IMG/VR virus record: IMGVR_UViG_3300022221_000010
Span: 1-56,760 of that record
Length of the DNA stretch: 56,760 nucleotides
Direction: 5' to 3' (one strand)
DNA from: a virus
Taxonomy: Duplodnaviria > Caudoviricetes
In this document: positions 8,170 to 16,680 of the stretch, piece by piece
Layout: every line of letters starts with the position of its first letter
Position numbering within the stretch: position 1 is the first letter of the stretch
The notes under the pieces: model-generated
Databases searched by the model: none
What the model saw: only the letters and a program-made list of their open reading frames with translations
Told to the model about the DNA's origin: nothing
Position numbers and translations under genes: made by a program

Positions 8170-8640
8170 TCACAATTTATTCAGATCGGATATTTTCATA
8201 TTGTAACTATCACAATGAAATGTAAAATTATTGCTAGTGTCTTTATCTCCCTTTTTATGAAAAACACTTTCCGTAAAATATTGATTTTTTATTTTAAATC
8301 CTAAAATCCATCCGACACTTAAATCTTTTAATATCCTAACGAATATATAAGCATCACATTTTTGGGATGTGTTATATCCAGCAATACTGCATTCATAATA
8401 AGATTTTGGTTGACTGGTACATTGTTTAGTTTTAACATCAACGTGAAATCCTCCCATGGTTAAATCATAATCATAAGTATTGGTACTTTCTCCGTTGTAT
8501 TTATCTCGAACAATAATTTCTCCAAGGAATCCGATTACATTACCTTTACCTTTGGTTATGCTATTATTTAAAACTCCCATTTCACTTGCCATCAATCTAG
8601 CTTCTTGACGTTGTTTTTCGGTTATCATAATCTTTTTCAT
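8170..8640 (-). CDS. putative PD-(D/E)xK nuclease-like protein
   Basis: G-LGE, YDYDL and VDVKTK motifs; lone minus-strand gene in this region. Confidence 0.6.
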   Translation of the reverse strand: MKKIMITEKQRQEARLMASEMGVLNNSITKGKGNVIGFLGEIIVRDKYNGESTNTYDYDLTMGGFHVDVKTKQCTSQPKSYYECSIAGYNTSQKCDAYIFVRILKDLSVGWILGFKIKNQYFTESVFHKKGDKDTSNNFTFHCDSYNMKISDLNKL

Positions 8641-8752
8641 ATTGAAATATTCCTAAGAAATATTTAATATTTATGTGACCAATATAATTGTTTTTTTATT
8701 TAAGATATGCTATATTGTATATATTAAATAATACTCCTAAATATGAGGAACT

Positions 8753-9214
8753 ATGAAAGCTTCAGTTAAAAGAAATCCTAATAAATTATTAGGCAAGGCC
8801 ATTAAAATTGCCGCTGAAGCTTTCGAAAATAAAACTGATCTGGGTGGAGTACCCTATATCATGCATTGTATTTTCGTCATGCGTGAAATGCCGAAAGATG
8901 ATATTGAATTAAATATTATCGCAGTGTTACACGATTTGATTGAAGATACCGATTGGGAAATTTCTGATCTAGCTGCATATGGGTACTCTGACCGAGTGTT
9001 AGACGCGTTAATTTTATTGACGCACGATGATGAATCCTATGATGATTACATTAAAAATATTGCAACCAATCCAGATGCCACGAAAGTTAAAATGGCCGAT
9101 CTTAGACATAATTCCGACATTCACAGAATGAAGGGATTGAGGGAAAAGGATTTTGCAAGGTTGGAAAAGTATCATAGATCATATGATTATCTGAGAAGTA
9201 AGCTTAATGCATAG
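8753..9214 (+). CDS. HD-domain small alarmone ((p)ppGpp) hydrolase-like protein
   Basis: PYIMH, AVLHDLIEDT and VKMADLRHN motifs of the SpoT/Mesh1 HD family. Confidence 0.85.
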   Translation: MKASVKRNPNKLLGKAIKIAAEAFENKTDLGGVPYIMHCIFVMREMPKDDIELNIIAVLHDLIEDTDWEISDLAAYGYSDRVLDALILLTHDDESYDDYIKNIATNPDATKVKMADLRHNSDIHRMKGLREKDFARLEKYHRSYDYLRSKLNA

Positions 9215-9329
9215 GGTGGTTCGTGATCAGTGGAAAGAAGTTTATAATGATTTGATTATGAATGCTTATGCTGAATATCTTATTTTTAAGCAAGAACGAT
9301 TATTATACATATATAGTAAAACAAAATGA

Positions 9330-9337
9330 TATAAATA
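9330..9337 (+). promoter_or_regulatory. T4-type late promoter
   Basis: TATAAATA just upstream of tRNA-Leu. Confidence 0.6.
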
Positions 9338-9344
9338 TATAAAC

Positions 9345-9428
9345 GGGACTGTGGTGGAAAGGTATACGCACCAGACTTAAAATCTGGCGACTTCGGTCAT
9401 GTGGGTTCGAGTCCCACCAGTCCCACCA
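9345..9428 (+). tRNA. tRNA-Leu(TAA)
   Basis: Canonical class II cloverleaf, loop CTTAAAA, variable arm GAC-TTCG-GTC, CCA. Confidence 0.95.
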
Positions 9429-9435
9429 AATTAAT

Positions 9436-9516
9436 ACCCTCGTAATCCCCAGCGCTACGAACGTTGAGTAAGATAACTGGATGAAAATGCAGGTTCGAAT
9501 CCTGTCGAGGGTGCCA
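9436..9516 (+). tRNA. tRNA-Arg(ACG)-like RNA lacking a conventional D arm
   Basis: ACCCTCG/CGAGGGT-G-CCA, CAGCG-CTACGAA-CGTTG only 7 nt after the acceptor stem, 22-nt extra region, GCAGG-TTCGAAT-CCTGT. Confidence 0.7.
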
Positions 9517-9524
9517 ATTTTAAT

Positions 9525-9806
9525 ATGAAAATCACTATTATAATAATATTAATTATGTTATCATTCACTGCAAATGGTGAGGATATTCATAAAGGTGTTT
9601 CCGGATATTTTCTCATATTTGATGGAAATCAATGGTATGGGATTAAGAAGTTAAATCCAAATGATGTTTTTCCTAATTACAAAATTGTATTAAAAATTCC
9701 TGTTATATATGATACGTCAAGGCAGGAATATTTACAGGATAAATTGGATATTGAAGATCGTGAAATACCCAATCATATTCAAGTAAATAATGATTATTTA
9801 AATTAG
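9525..9806 (+). CDS. small exported protein
   Basis: Signal peptide MKITIIIILIMLSFTANG; stop overlaps the tRNA start by 1 nt. Confidence 0.65.
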   Translation: MKITIIIILIMLSFTANGEDIHKGVSGYFLIFDGNQWYGIKKLNPNDVFPNYKIVLKIPVIYDTSRQEYLQDKLDIEDREIPNHIQVNNDYLN

Positions 9807-9882
9807 GGTCAGTAGCTTAGCGGTCTAAAGCAGCGCGCTCATAACGCGTTGATCGATGGTTCGAATCCATCCTGACCCACCA
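9806..9882 (+). tRNA. tRNA with CAT anticodon (elongator Met or Ile2)
   Basis: GGGTCAG/CTGACCC, GCGCG-CTCATAA-CGCGT, CCA. Confidence 0.9.
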
Positions 9883-9937
9883 TCTAAAATAAATATCGTG
9901 ACATCTCCAATAAAATTGCAATTTAAATAAAAAGTAT

Positions 9938-9965
9938 TTGACATTAATATTTAAATATGCATAAT
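9938..9965 (+). promoter_or_regulatory. sigma70-like promoter for the ncRNA array
   Basis: TTGACA-N16-CATAAT ending 8 nt before unit 1. Confidence 0.65.
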
Positions 9966-9972
9966 ACCAATC

Positions 9973-10117
9973 ACGCACCGGCTATAGAAAAACATCCTTC
10001 TATTTGATACCGGAGCCGCAAACGGGGGTTCGAATCCTTCCCTCTCGATACTAACGAGGGGTAGTTTAATGGTAGAACAGCGGCATTACTAAACAGTTTT
10101 TCAACTTTCCAGTGCGT
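9973..10117 (+). ncRNA. structured RNA unit 1 with circularly permuted tRNA-like domain (Y RNA/YrlA-like topology)
   Basis: Outer stem ACGCACCGG/CCAGTGCGT, inner stem GAAAAAC/GTTTTTC, then GCCGC/GCGGC closing T arm, capped acceptor hairpin and D arm; followed by poly-T. Confidence 0.85.
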
Positions 10118-10132
10118 TTTATTTTTTTTTTG

Positions 10133-10205
10133 AATAGAGGCTATAATCAAGCATCCTTCTAACTAATACTTTGAATGTGCTCTAGCTTGATAACTTTCCT
10201 CTTTT
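10133..10205 (+). ncRNA. structured RNA unit 2 of tandem array
   Basis: AGAGG-CTATA-ATCAAGC-ATCCTTC...GCTTGAT-AACTTT-CCTCT then poly-T. Confidence 0.8.
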
Positions 10206-10215
10206 TTATTTGTAT

Positions 10216-10302
10216 TACTGGCCATAAATAGTCATCCTTCATCGATGCTGCGAAGCATCAGCCATTTAAGCTGACTAAAAAGAGACTATTAACTCTCCAG
10301 TA
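10216..10302 (+). ncRNA. structured RNA unit 3 of tandem array
   Basis: TACTGG-CCATA-AATAGTC-ATCCTTC, two small hairpins, GACTATT-AACTCT-CCAGTA then poly-T. Confidence 0.8.
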
Positions 10303-10312
10303 TTTTTTACGG

Positions 10313-12364
10313 ATGTATATTATGAATAATTACGAAATCGCGATTCAATATCAAAATTCCATTCTGATCGAAAATTCTTCTGATTTTCTCAAGGATCAGA
10401 ATACATTATTAGTGGCGTCATTTAATGCGGAATTAATGAATCTCGGATATGTTCTATCTGAAGATGCGTTTACGTATTTATCCGGTATGCCGAAATCAAA
10501 CATTCTCGATACCATTAATAATACTATTTCTTATTTGAAAAAAGGTCTGGGTGCGGATGTCGTTCATAAACCTATGTATCAGGGTTTCCCTAAAGAGGTA
10601 ATGGACAAATCATATCTGGAATTGTACATGAATGCTATCGTCCATTATTGGACGCGTGGTCATTGGATGCCAGCATCTGAGAATTTACCTCGTGAGTATT
10701 CATTCGAAGAGGTTGAATTTAGACAATTGCGGTTTATGTTTCCAAGTGAATTGTTTGGAATTTTGGGTACTTTACTAGCATCAAATGATTCTTTGACCTC
10801 ACATGCGCGTGAAGCGATTGAATTTATGATACGTGATAACGATGTTATGTCGGGTGCCATATATAATCTACATATTCCCTTTAAAGAAAATATCGCAATC
10901 GTTGGTGCCTATGCGATCAATCAGAATAAGAGCATTTTTCCTTTTGTGAAAACTGCAACTGATATCTTGCGTGTTTTAGCACATTATTCGGGTGGTGATG
11001 CTTCACTGTCTGAGAATACCAAATTTAAATCTTTGCCACGTCCAGCTCGAAAGGATGTTGTTAAATGTCTTGAACGATTTATTAATGATGATGATATCGC
11101 ACGTTATTCAAATGTGTGGATTCGTGTATTCCATATGTTACACATTGGTGAATATAAATTTGCTGTCAAGAGTAATAAGATAGCGAAGAAAATTCGTGGT
11201 AATAAAAAATTGATCACGATTCGTTCAGAGTATGAAAAATTAGTTTCGGATGGTCAATTATCTGAAGCGTTAAAGCTGTTGTCCAAAAGACCGGGGGAAT
11301 CTATTCGTGAAATCGGTAGACTCGAACGTTTGGGATTAACAATTGATCTGGATTTTTTCCGTGAAATATTGCAAGGTGTTTCCACCAAAGTAATTTTACA
11401 GTTTATGGGATACTTGCGAATGCGCTCATCTGATCGTGATTCGAGAATTGTACTTCCCAAAGGATCGGTTGGGAAATCAATTAAGATATCCGGATTGGGT
11501 GCAATGGAATCTTGGATGACTCTACATGATAAATGTATGATAGAAATTCAATCCCGTTCCAATGTGGAAAATAAATTAAAACCAGTATGGATCGATGACC
11601 GTTTAAAAAGATGTCCAATACCATCCGGTATGCGAAGTGCATCTGAGTCGTTGAAGAATCTAACGCGTGGTACTCGTGTTCCTTTTGGTGATAAAGAGGT
11701 TTTACGCTTCTTTATATATTGGGTTGGTCAGGATATCGATCTAAGTGTACAATTTTTTAATGCTGATATGTTACTAGTTGGTCAGAATTCATATACCGCA
11801 ATGAGAAATAGTTATTCATGCCATTCGGGTGATATCACTCGCGCACCGAATGGTGCATCTGAATTTATCGATGTTCGTATCGATGATGCAATACTTCAAG
11901 GTGTTCGATATGTGTTATCGACTGTGTATGTATTCAGTGGTCCTACATTCAAAGAACATAAAGAAGCATTTTTCGGATGGATGACTAGGAATGGTATGGG
12001 TGAAGGTGGTGATATATATCAACCAAAAACTGTTGATCAAAAGATTGATCTTCGTGCGGAATCCAAAGTTGCTGTTCCTGCATTATTTGATTTAAAAACT
12101 CGTGAGATGGTTTGGATTGATTTGAATGCGCAAGTCGTTGGTGAATACAATAATGTGGAATCTACGAGAGTCGAGACTAGTGATCTTTTAAAATCATTTG
12201 TCGATCTATCCGAAACTAAATTATCGTTATACGGCTTGTTTGCGATGAATCATCCGAATCAGGTTGAGGATAAAGAAGATGCTGAATTCACCTTTGGATT
12301 AGATCAATCATGCGATATCACTCCATATGATGTCGAATTAATTCAATCTGAATATTTTAAATAA
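10313..12364 (+). CDS. large helical protein with C-terminal TerD-like domain
   Basis: C-terminal QDIDLS...HSGDITRAPNGASEFIDV is TerD-like; N-terminal PMYQGFPKEV, TATDILR and KRPGE motifs; start may be 10322. Confidence 0.75.
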   Translation: MYIMNNYEIAIQYQNSILIENSSDFLKDQNTLLVASFNAELMNLGYVLSEDAFTYLSGMPKSNILDTINNTISYLKKGLGADVVHKPMYQGFPKEVMDKSYLELYMNAIVHYWTRGHWMPASENLPREYSFEEVEFRQLRFMFPSELFGILGTLLASNDSLTSHAREAIEFMIRDNDVMSGAIYNLHIPFKENIAIVGAYAINQNKSIFPFVKTATDILRVLAHYSGGDASLSENTKFKSLPRPARKDVVKCLERFINDDDIARYSNVWIRVFHMLHIGEYKFAVKSNKIAKKIRGNKKLITIRSEYEKLVSDGQLSEALKLLSKRPGESIREIGRLERLGLTIDLDFFREILQGVSTKVILQFMGYLRMRSSDRDSRIVLPKGSVGKSIKISGLGAMESWMTLHDKCMIEIQSRSNVENKLKPVWIDDRLKRCPIPSGMRSASESLKNLTRGTRVPFGDKEVLRFFIYWVGQDIDLSVQFFNADMLLVGQNSYTAMRNSYSCHSGDITRAPNGASEFIDVRIDDAILQGVRYVLSTVYVFSGPTFKEHKEAFFGWMTRNGMGEGGDIYQPKTVDQKIDLRAESKVAVPALFDLKTREMVWIDLNAQVVGEYNNVESTRVETSDLLKSFVDLSETKLSLYGLFAMNHPNQVEDKEDAEFTFGLDQSCDITPYDVELIQSEYFK

Positions 12365-12380
12365 CCAATAGAGAGATAAT

Positions 12381-12626
12381 ATGCCTTTAATGAGAGCAAA
12401 AATGCGGGTAATTGCCATTCAACCATACGCGGATGGATCGGAACACCTGACTTTAGAAGCGGTTTGTAAAAATGAACCTTATGATGAAAATGGATCGGAC
12501 GAAGATAATACGTTTGCGAAATTTACACCATCTGCTAATTTAACGATGTTAGTTAATAATCCTAATTTAAAGGAAGTTATTAATGTTGACGATACTTTTT
12601 ACGTAGATTTCACAAGGGTTGATTGA
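12381..12626 (+). CDS. hypothetical protein
   Basis: RAKMRV...EDNTFAKFTPSA...FYVDFT, a familiar small phage protein pattern. Confidence 0.7.
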   Translation: MPLMRAKMRVIAIQPYADGSEHLTLEAVCKNEPYDENGSDEDNTFAKFTPSANLTMLVNNPNLKEVINVDDTFYVDFTRVD

Positions 12627-12645
12627 CACTGTAGAAATTATCGTG

Positions 12646-12653
12646 TATAAATA
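12646..12653 (+). promoter_or_regulatory. T4-type late promoter
   Basis: TATAAATA upstream of the NAD salvage genes, followed by hairpin AGTGGGAGG/CTTCCCACT. Confidence 0.55.
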
Positions 12654-12702
12654 ATAGTGGGAGGAATAAACTTCCCACTTCATTTTTAAGAGGATTTCTT
12701 AA

Positions 12703-13716
12703 ATGAACAAAAAATTCGACACTGCTGTTGTCATAGGCAGATTCCAAATACCACATAGTGGTCACCGCAAAGTATTCGACGAAGCTGCCAAATTAGCAGA
12801 TCGAATAGTTGTTATAATTGGTTCGGTTGGACAACCATCAACTCCAAAAAATCCTTTCTCATTCGAAGAAAGAAAGTCGATGCTTAGATCATTGCTCCCC
12901 GATATTCCATGCGATATTTTACCTGTTCGCGATCAAACCTATAATATCCAGAACTGGATTGTTGACGTAAACAACAAAGTTAATTCAACTGATCCGAAAG
13001 GCTGGACTGATTATCCACCAAAAAGAATTTTAGTCGGTCACCACAAAGATGAAAGTTCATTTTATCTGGATATGTTTCCACGGTGGAAATTTCATGAAGT
13101 TGAATCTGAAATGGAAATTCATGCAACTGATATCAGACAGGCTTTATTTGAAGGTAAATCATTTGATGATTTTGAATTTCTGAATAGTCACGTGAAATTT
13201 TATCTTCAAGGTTGGACTCTTTCAGATGATTTTCGAAGACTACAAGAAGAATATCAGTGGTTAAAGGAATATAAAGAAAAGTGGGGTTCAGGACCATTTG
13301 TTACCGCTGATGCAGTCGTTATTCAGAGTGGTCACATATTATTAGTTCAGCGTGGTGATAGACCAGCTATTGGCCAGTGGGCATTGCCGGGAGGATTCGT
13401 AAATCCTAAAGAAACAGTACGGCAAGCTGCATTGCGTGAATTGAAAGAAGAAACACGTATAAAGGTTCAACCAATCATTTTGGATCGAAATATTAAACGC
13501 TCCAAAGTTTTCGATGCGCCTAATCGATCACAGCGTGGACGTATTTTCACACATGCATTTTTGATTGAATTGGACGCAACAACATTGCCTCGGATACAAG
13601 CCAATGATGACGCCAAGGATGCAAGGTGGTTTCCATTAAATGAAGTTTTCTCGATGGGTGAAGTAATGTTTGAAGATCACCTTGATATCATTCTTAACAT
13701 GACTGGGGGTATGTGA
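12703..13716 (+). CDS. nadM: bifunctional NMN adenylyltransferase / ADP-ribose pyrophosphatase (NadM-Nudix, NatV-like)
   Basis: GRFQIPHSGH motif, KNPFSFEER, Nudix box GGFVNPKETVRQAALRELKEET. Confidence 0.95.
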   Translation: MNKKFDTAVVIGRFQIPHSGHRKVFDEAAKLADRIVVIIGSVGQPSTPKNPFSFEERKSMLRSLLPDIPCDILPVRDQTYNIQNWIVDVNNKVNSTDPKGWTDYPPKRILVGHHKDESSFYLDMFPRWKFHEVESEMEIHATDIRQALFEGKSFDDFEFLNSHVKFYLQGWTLSDDFRRLQEEYQWLKEYKEKWGSGPFVTADAVVIQSGHILLVQRGDRPAIGQWALPGGFVNPKETVRQAALRELKEETRIKVQPIILDRNIKRSKVFDAPNRSQRGRIFTHAFLIELDATTLPRIQANDDAKDARWFPLNEVFSMGEVMFEDHLDIILNMTGGM

Positions 13717-13717
13717 G

Positions 13718-14074
13718 ATGGATAGAAATTATACACATTATACTGAAGTTAGTTATAGTGGTCGAAGATTACTTGAGCAACATCTTTTAAGCGAAAAGGG
13801 AATCTGGGAAGTTCGAGGTGAAGACCCCAATTGCGATATGGGTGGACCACACCATCAACCATTTCTTGGAATTTTTGAAGGTACTCTTGAAGACATTATT
13901 CATTATGCGGTGCAGATGGATGGTTTCTGGCAATGGGGTGGTGGTGGTAGTATCAAAAAAATGGAAATTGTTCCGCTTAAAGACGTGGAACGATTGGAAC
14001 AGGAAAAATTGAAAAAATCAGCATTGTCAAAATTAACTAAAGCTGAAAAAACAGCATTAGGTATAACCGAATAA
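13718..14074 (+). CDS. hypothetical protein
   Basis: ORF between the NAD genes, ends ALSKLTKAEKTALG. Confidence 0.7.
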   Translation: MDRNYTHYTEVSYSGRRLLEQHLLSEKGIWEVRGEDPNCDMGGPHHQPFLGIFEGTLEDIIHYAVQMDGFWQWGGGGSIKKMEIVPLKDVERLEQEKLKKSALSKLTKAEKTALGITE

Positions 14075-14115
14075 TAATTTCATTATTCGTAACATTAAAA
14101 TAGAGGATTTCTATT

Positions 14116-15474
14116 ATGAAAAATATCATACTCAATACAGACTCGTATAAGCTCTCTCACTGGCCACAGTATCCCAAGGGTACTACTGGTGTCTTTTCTT
14201 ACGCCGAAGCGCGTGGTGGCGCATATGATGAGACTGTGGTGTTCAATATCCAGCCTTATATCAAAGAACTGGCCAAAGGTGTGACCATGGCGGATATCGA
14301 TGAAGCTGAAAAGATTGTACTGGCTCACGGTGAACCATTCAATCGCGAAGGTTGGGAATACATTGTTAATGAACTAGGTGGTAAACTTCCTGTTCGAATC
14401 AAAGCGGTGCCGGAAGGTAATGTAGTTCCGATTAGTAATGCTTTGGTTACTATCGAGAACACTGACCCCAATTGTTATTGGCTAACTTCATATCTCGAAA
14501 CCGGATTGCTGCGTGCCATATGGTATGGATCGACCGTTGCCACAATTAGTTGGAATATTAAACAACTGATTATGAAATATTTGAATGAAACCGGAACACC
14601 GGAAGATATCTATTTCAAATTGCACGATTTTGGTGCTCGTGGTGTATCATCATTCGAATCATCTGAAATTGGTGGTGCTGCACATCTGGTGAATTTCATG
14701 GGTACTGATACTGTGTCTGCATTACAATTCATCATGCGGAATTACAATACCGATGAAGTTGCTGGCTTTTCGATTCCAGCATCCGAACACTCGACTATGA
14801 TGTATGGTGGCCGCGAAAACGAAACCAAAGCCTATCGAAATATGCTCGAAGTGTATGGACCAAATGGAATATTTGCTTGCGTATCAGATTCATATGACAT
14901 ATATAATGCCGTTGAAAATATCTGGGGTGGAGAACTTCGACAAGAAGTGATCGATTCTGGTGCGACTGTTGTTATCCGTCCTGACTCTGGTGATCCTGTT
15001 GCCGTAAATCGAAGATTGCTGGATATTCTCGATGATAAATTTGGATCAGATGTTAATGATAAAGGATTTAAGGTTTTAAAACACGTTCGTCTGATTCAAG
15101 GTGATGGTATTAATTATAGCACTATCGATGCGATTCTATCCATGGCAGTCAGTAAGGGATTCTCTGCTGACAATTTCGCATTTGGAATGGGTGGTGCATT
15201 ACTGCAAGGGATGGATCGTGATACTCAACAGTGGGCGATGAAATGTTCCGCGATGGAAATCGATGGTGAGTGGATTAATGTATCGAAAGACCCTGTTACC
15301 GATCAAGGTAAAAAATCGAAGCCGGGTCGATTAGCTCTCGTGAAGAAAAATGATACATATTTTACTGTAAATGAATCAACTGATCTTTCGAATATTCTCG
15401 AAACTGTGTTTGAAAATGGTGAAGTGGTTAAGGAATATACATTTGCCGAAGTGCGTGCTAATAGCGAAAAATAA
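14116..15474 (+). CDS. nadV: nicotinamide phosphoribosyltransferase
   Basis: TDSYKLSH, LHDFGARG, SIPASEHS, VSDSYD, IRPDSGDP, IQGDG. Confidence 0.97.
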   Translation: MKNIILNTDSYKLSHWPQYPKGTTGVFSYAEARGGAYDETVVFNIQPYIKELAKGVTMADIDEAEKIVLAHGEPFNREGWEYIVNELGGKLPVRIKAVPEGNVVPISNALVTIENTDPNCYWLTSYLETGLLRAIWYGSTVATISWNIKQLIMKYLNETGTPEDIYFKLHDFGARGVSSFESSEIGGAAHLVNFMGTDTVSALQFIMRNYNTDEVAGFSIPASEHSTMMYGGRENETKAYRNMLEVYGPNGIFACVSDSYDIYNAVENIWGGELRQEVIDSGATVVIRPDSGDPVAVNRRLLDILDDKFGSDVNDKGFKVLKHVRLIQGDGINYSTIDAILSMAVSKGFSADNFAFGMGGALLQGMDRDTQQWAMKCSAMEIDGEWINVSKDPVTDQGKKSKPGRLALVKKNDTYFTVNESTDLSNILETVFENGEVVKEYTFAEVRANSEK

Positions 15475-15500
15475 ACTTAACAATTTTTGACTATTAAATT

Positions 15501-15528
15501 AAAGGGAGATATTATTATCTCCCTTTTT
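15501..15528 (+). terminator. rho-independent terminator
   Basis: AAAGGGAGAT-ATTATT-ATCTCCCTTTTT. Confidence 0.85.
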
Positions 15529-15542
15529 ATTGGGCAATAATT

Positions 15543-15851
15543 ATGACAAATGAAAATAATGTACGTCATCCAGACGGATCGTTTTTAACCGAACAAGAAA
15601 TTCACGATTATATATTGCAACAATTAAGTGATGATGATAAAGCTCACATACGTGAAATGAATTTTGACGAATTGATTATGTTACATCATACAACTGGTAG
15701 ATCAATTCGAAATGATTTTGGATTGTGGGATAAAGATAATCGGTTAGTTGAACACGATCATGCCGATCATCACTATTTTCCTGACCAGATATCACAAAGA
15801 ATTATCGAAAATGTCTGGAAATCCGTCTGTAAAGAACAAATGAGTGATTGA
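15543..15851 (+). CDS. hypothetical protein (DUF6794-like)
   Basis: LHHTTGRSIRNDFGLW and PDQIS motifs. Confidence 0.65.
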   Translation: MTNENNVRHPDGSFLTEQEIHDYILQQLSDDDKAHIREMNFDELIMLHHTTGRSIRNDFGLWDKDNRLVEHDHADHHYFPDQISQRIIENVWKSVCKEQMSD

Positions 15852-15876
15852 CATGATATATTGATTCTGATATAAT
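15848..15876 (+). promoter_or_regulatory. sigma70-like early promoter
   Basis: TTGACA-N17-TATAAT, perfect consensus. Confidence 0.85.
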
Positions 15877-15899
15877 GCACCTATAGATAGAGGACTGTT

Positions 15900-16232
15900 A
15901 TGAAAACTAAAAAACTATATAAAGGTGCATATTCTTTCAAGAATAGTTATAAGATTGAAGGAATCATCTCACTATCCGAACCTGATAATAAATGGGAGGT
16001 GTGTGATCCTTCCGGTACTCCAATCTCTGGAGTTGACAGGTTCAAACAAAAGCGTGATGCCGTTGAATATGCGGCAAATCTGAAAGCACCATCATCATCT
16101 GCATTTAGATGTACTCGATGCAAGACTGTTAATCCGGTTGATCCCGATGATAAAAATGAAGACGGTGACATACTTCTTAACTGTATCAAGTGTGATCTGG
16201 AAGTTGTCGCTGTTCCAATTTTCAGGAAATGA
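15900..16232 (+). CDS. hypothetical protein with C-terminal Zn ribbon
   Basis: CxxC...CxxC, GAGG RBS. Confidence 0.7.
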   Translation: MKTKKLYKGAYSFKNSYKIEGIISLSEPDNKWEVCDPSGTPISGVDRFKQKRDAVEYAANLKAPSSSAFRCTRCKTVNPVDPDDKNEDGDILLNCIKCDLEVVAVPIFRK

Positions 16233-16233
16233 T

Positions 16234-16428
16234 ATGAAACTCAGTAATATGATTAAGAAGACGGAAACTTTGTTCGATGCACACAATGGTGAAATTGTTT
16301 GTGTCACTAGGGTCGATGACGAAAAAAATATGATCTACGGAAAATATTGCACTGGACCTTACACAAAGAGTGATATGGAATTTCGATTTTGTCCGAATAA
16401 CGATCTTTCATTTTCTCCTAAAAATTAA
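16234..16428 (+). CDS. hypothetical protein
   Basis: ATG 2 nt after the previous stop. Confidence 0.55.
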   Translation: MKLSNMIKKTETLFDAHNGEIVCVTRVDDEKNMIYGKYCTGPYTKSDMEFRFCPNNDLSFSPKN

Positions 16429-16458
16429 TTAAAGCCGCAATGGATGGGATATAATATT

Positions 16459-16680
16459 ATGAGTTCAAAAGATTTATTAGTTCATTTTGCTGTAATTGCG
16501 CATATTGAGAAATCCAGTCGATTGTTAATTGAGTTGGGTTTGATCGAAGGACCATTCACGAAATACGTTAAAAAATATATTAAAGCTAATCCAGAACTTA
16601 ATGAGTATCTTGCTAGTGAAGAAGCTTTATCTGATTTAACAACAACTAAGGAGAAACCCAAATGGAAGCCGCGCTGGTAG
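16459..16680 (+). CDS. hypothetical protein
   Basis: ORF overlapping the next gene. Confidence 0.55.
   Translation: MSSKDLLVHFAVIAHIEKSSRLLIELGLIEGPFTKYVKKYIKANPELNEYLASEEALSDLTTTKEKPKWKPRW

Noticed and set aside
10024-10084. Ordinary or pseudo tRNA gene
   Set aside because: T arm precedes D arm and there is no anticodon loop or CCA; it is a permuted mimic
9973-10302. CRISPR array or plain terminators as an explanation of the repeats
   Set aside because: The conserved parts are short loop motifs split by covarying stems, not identical direct repeats with spacers; no cas genes are present; terminators would not conserve CYATA, ATCCTTC and AACTYT
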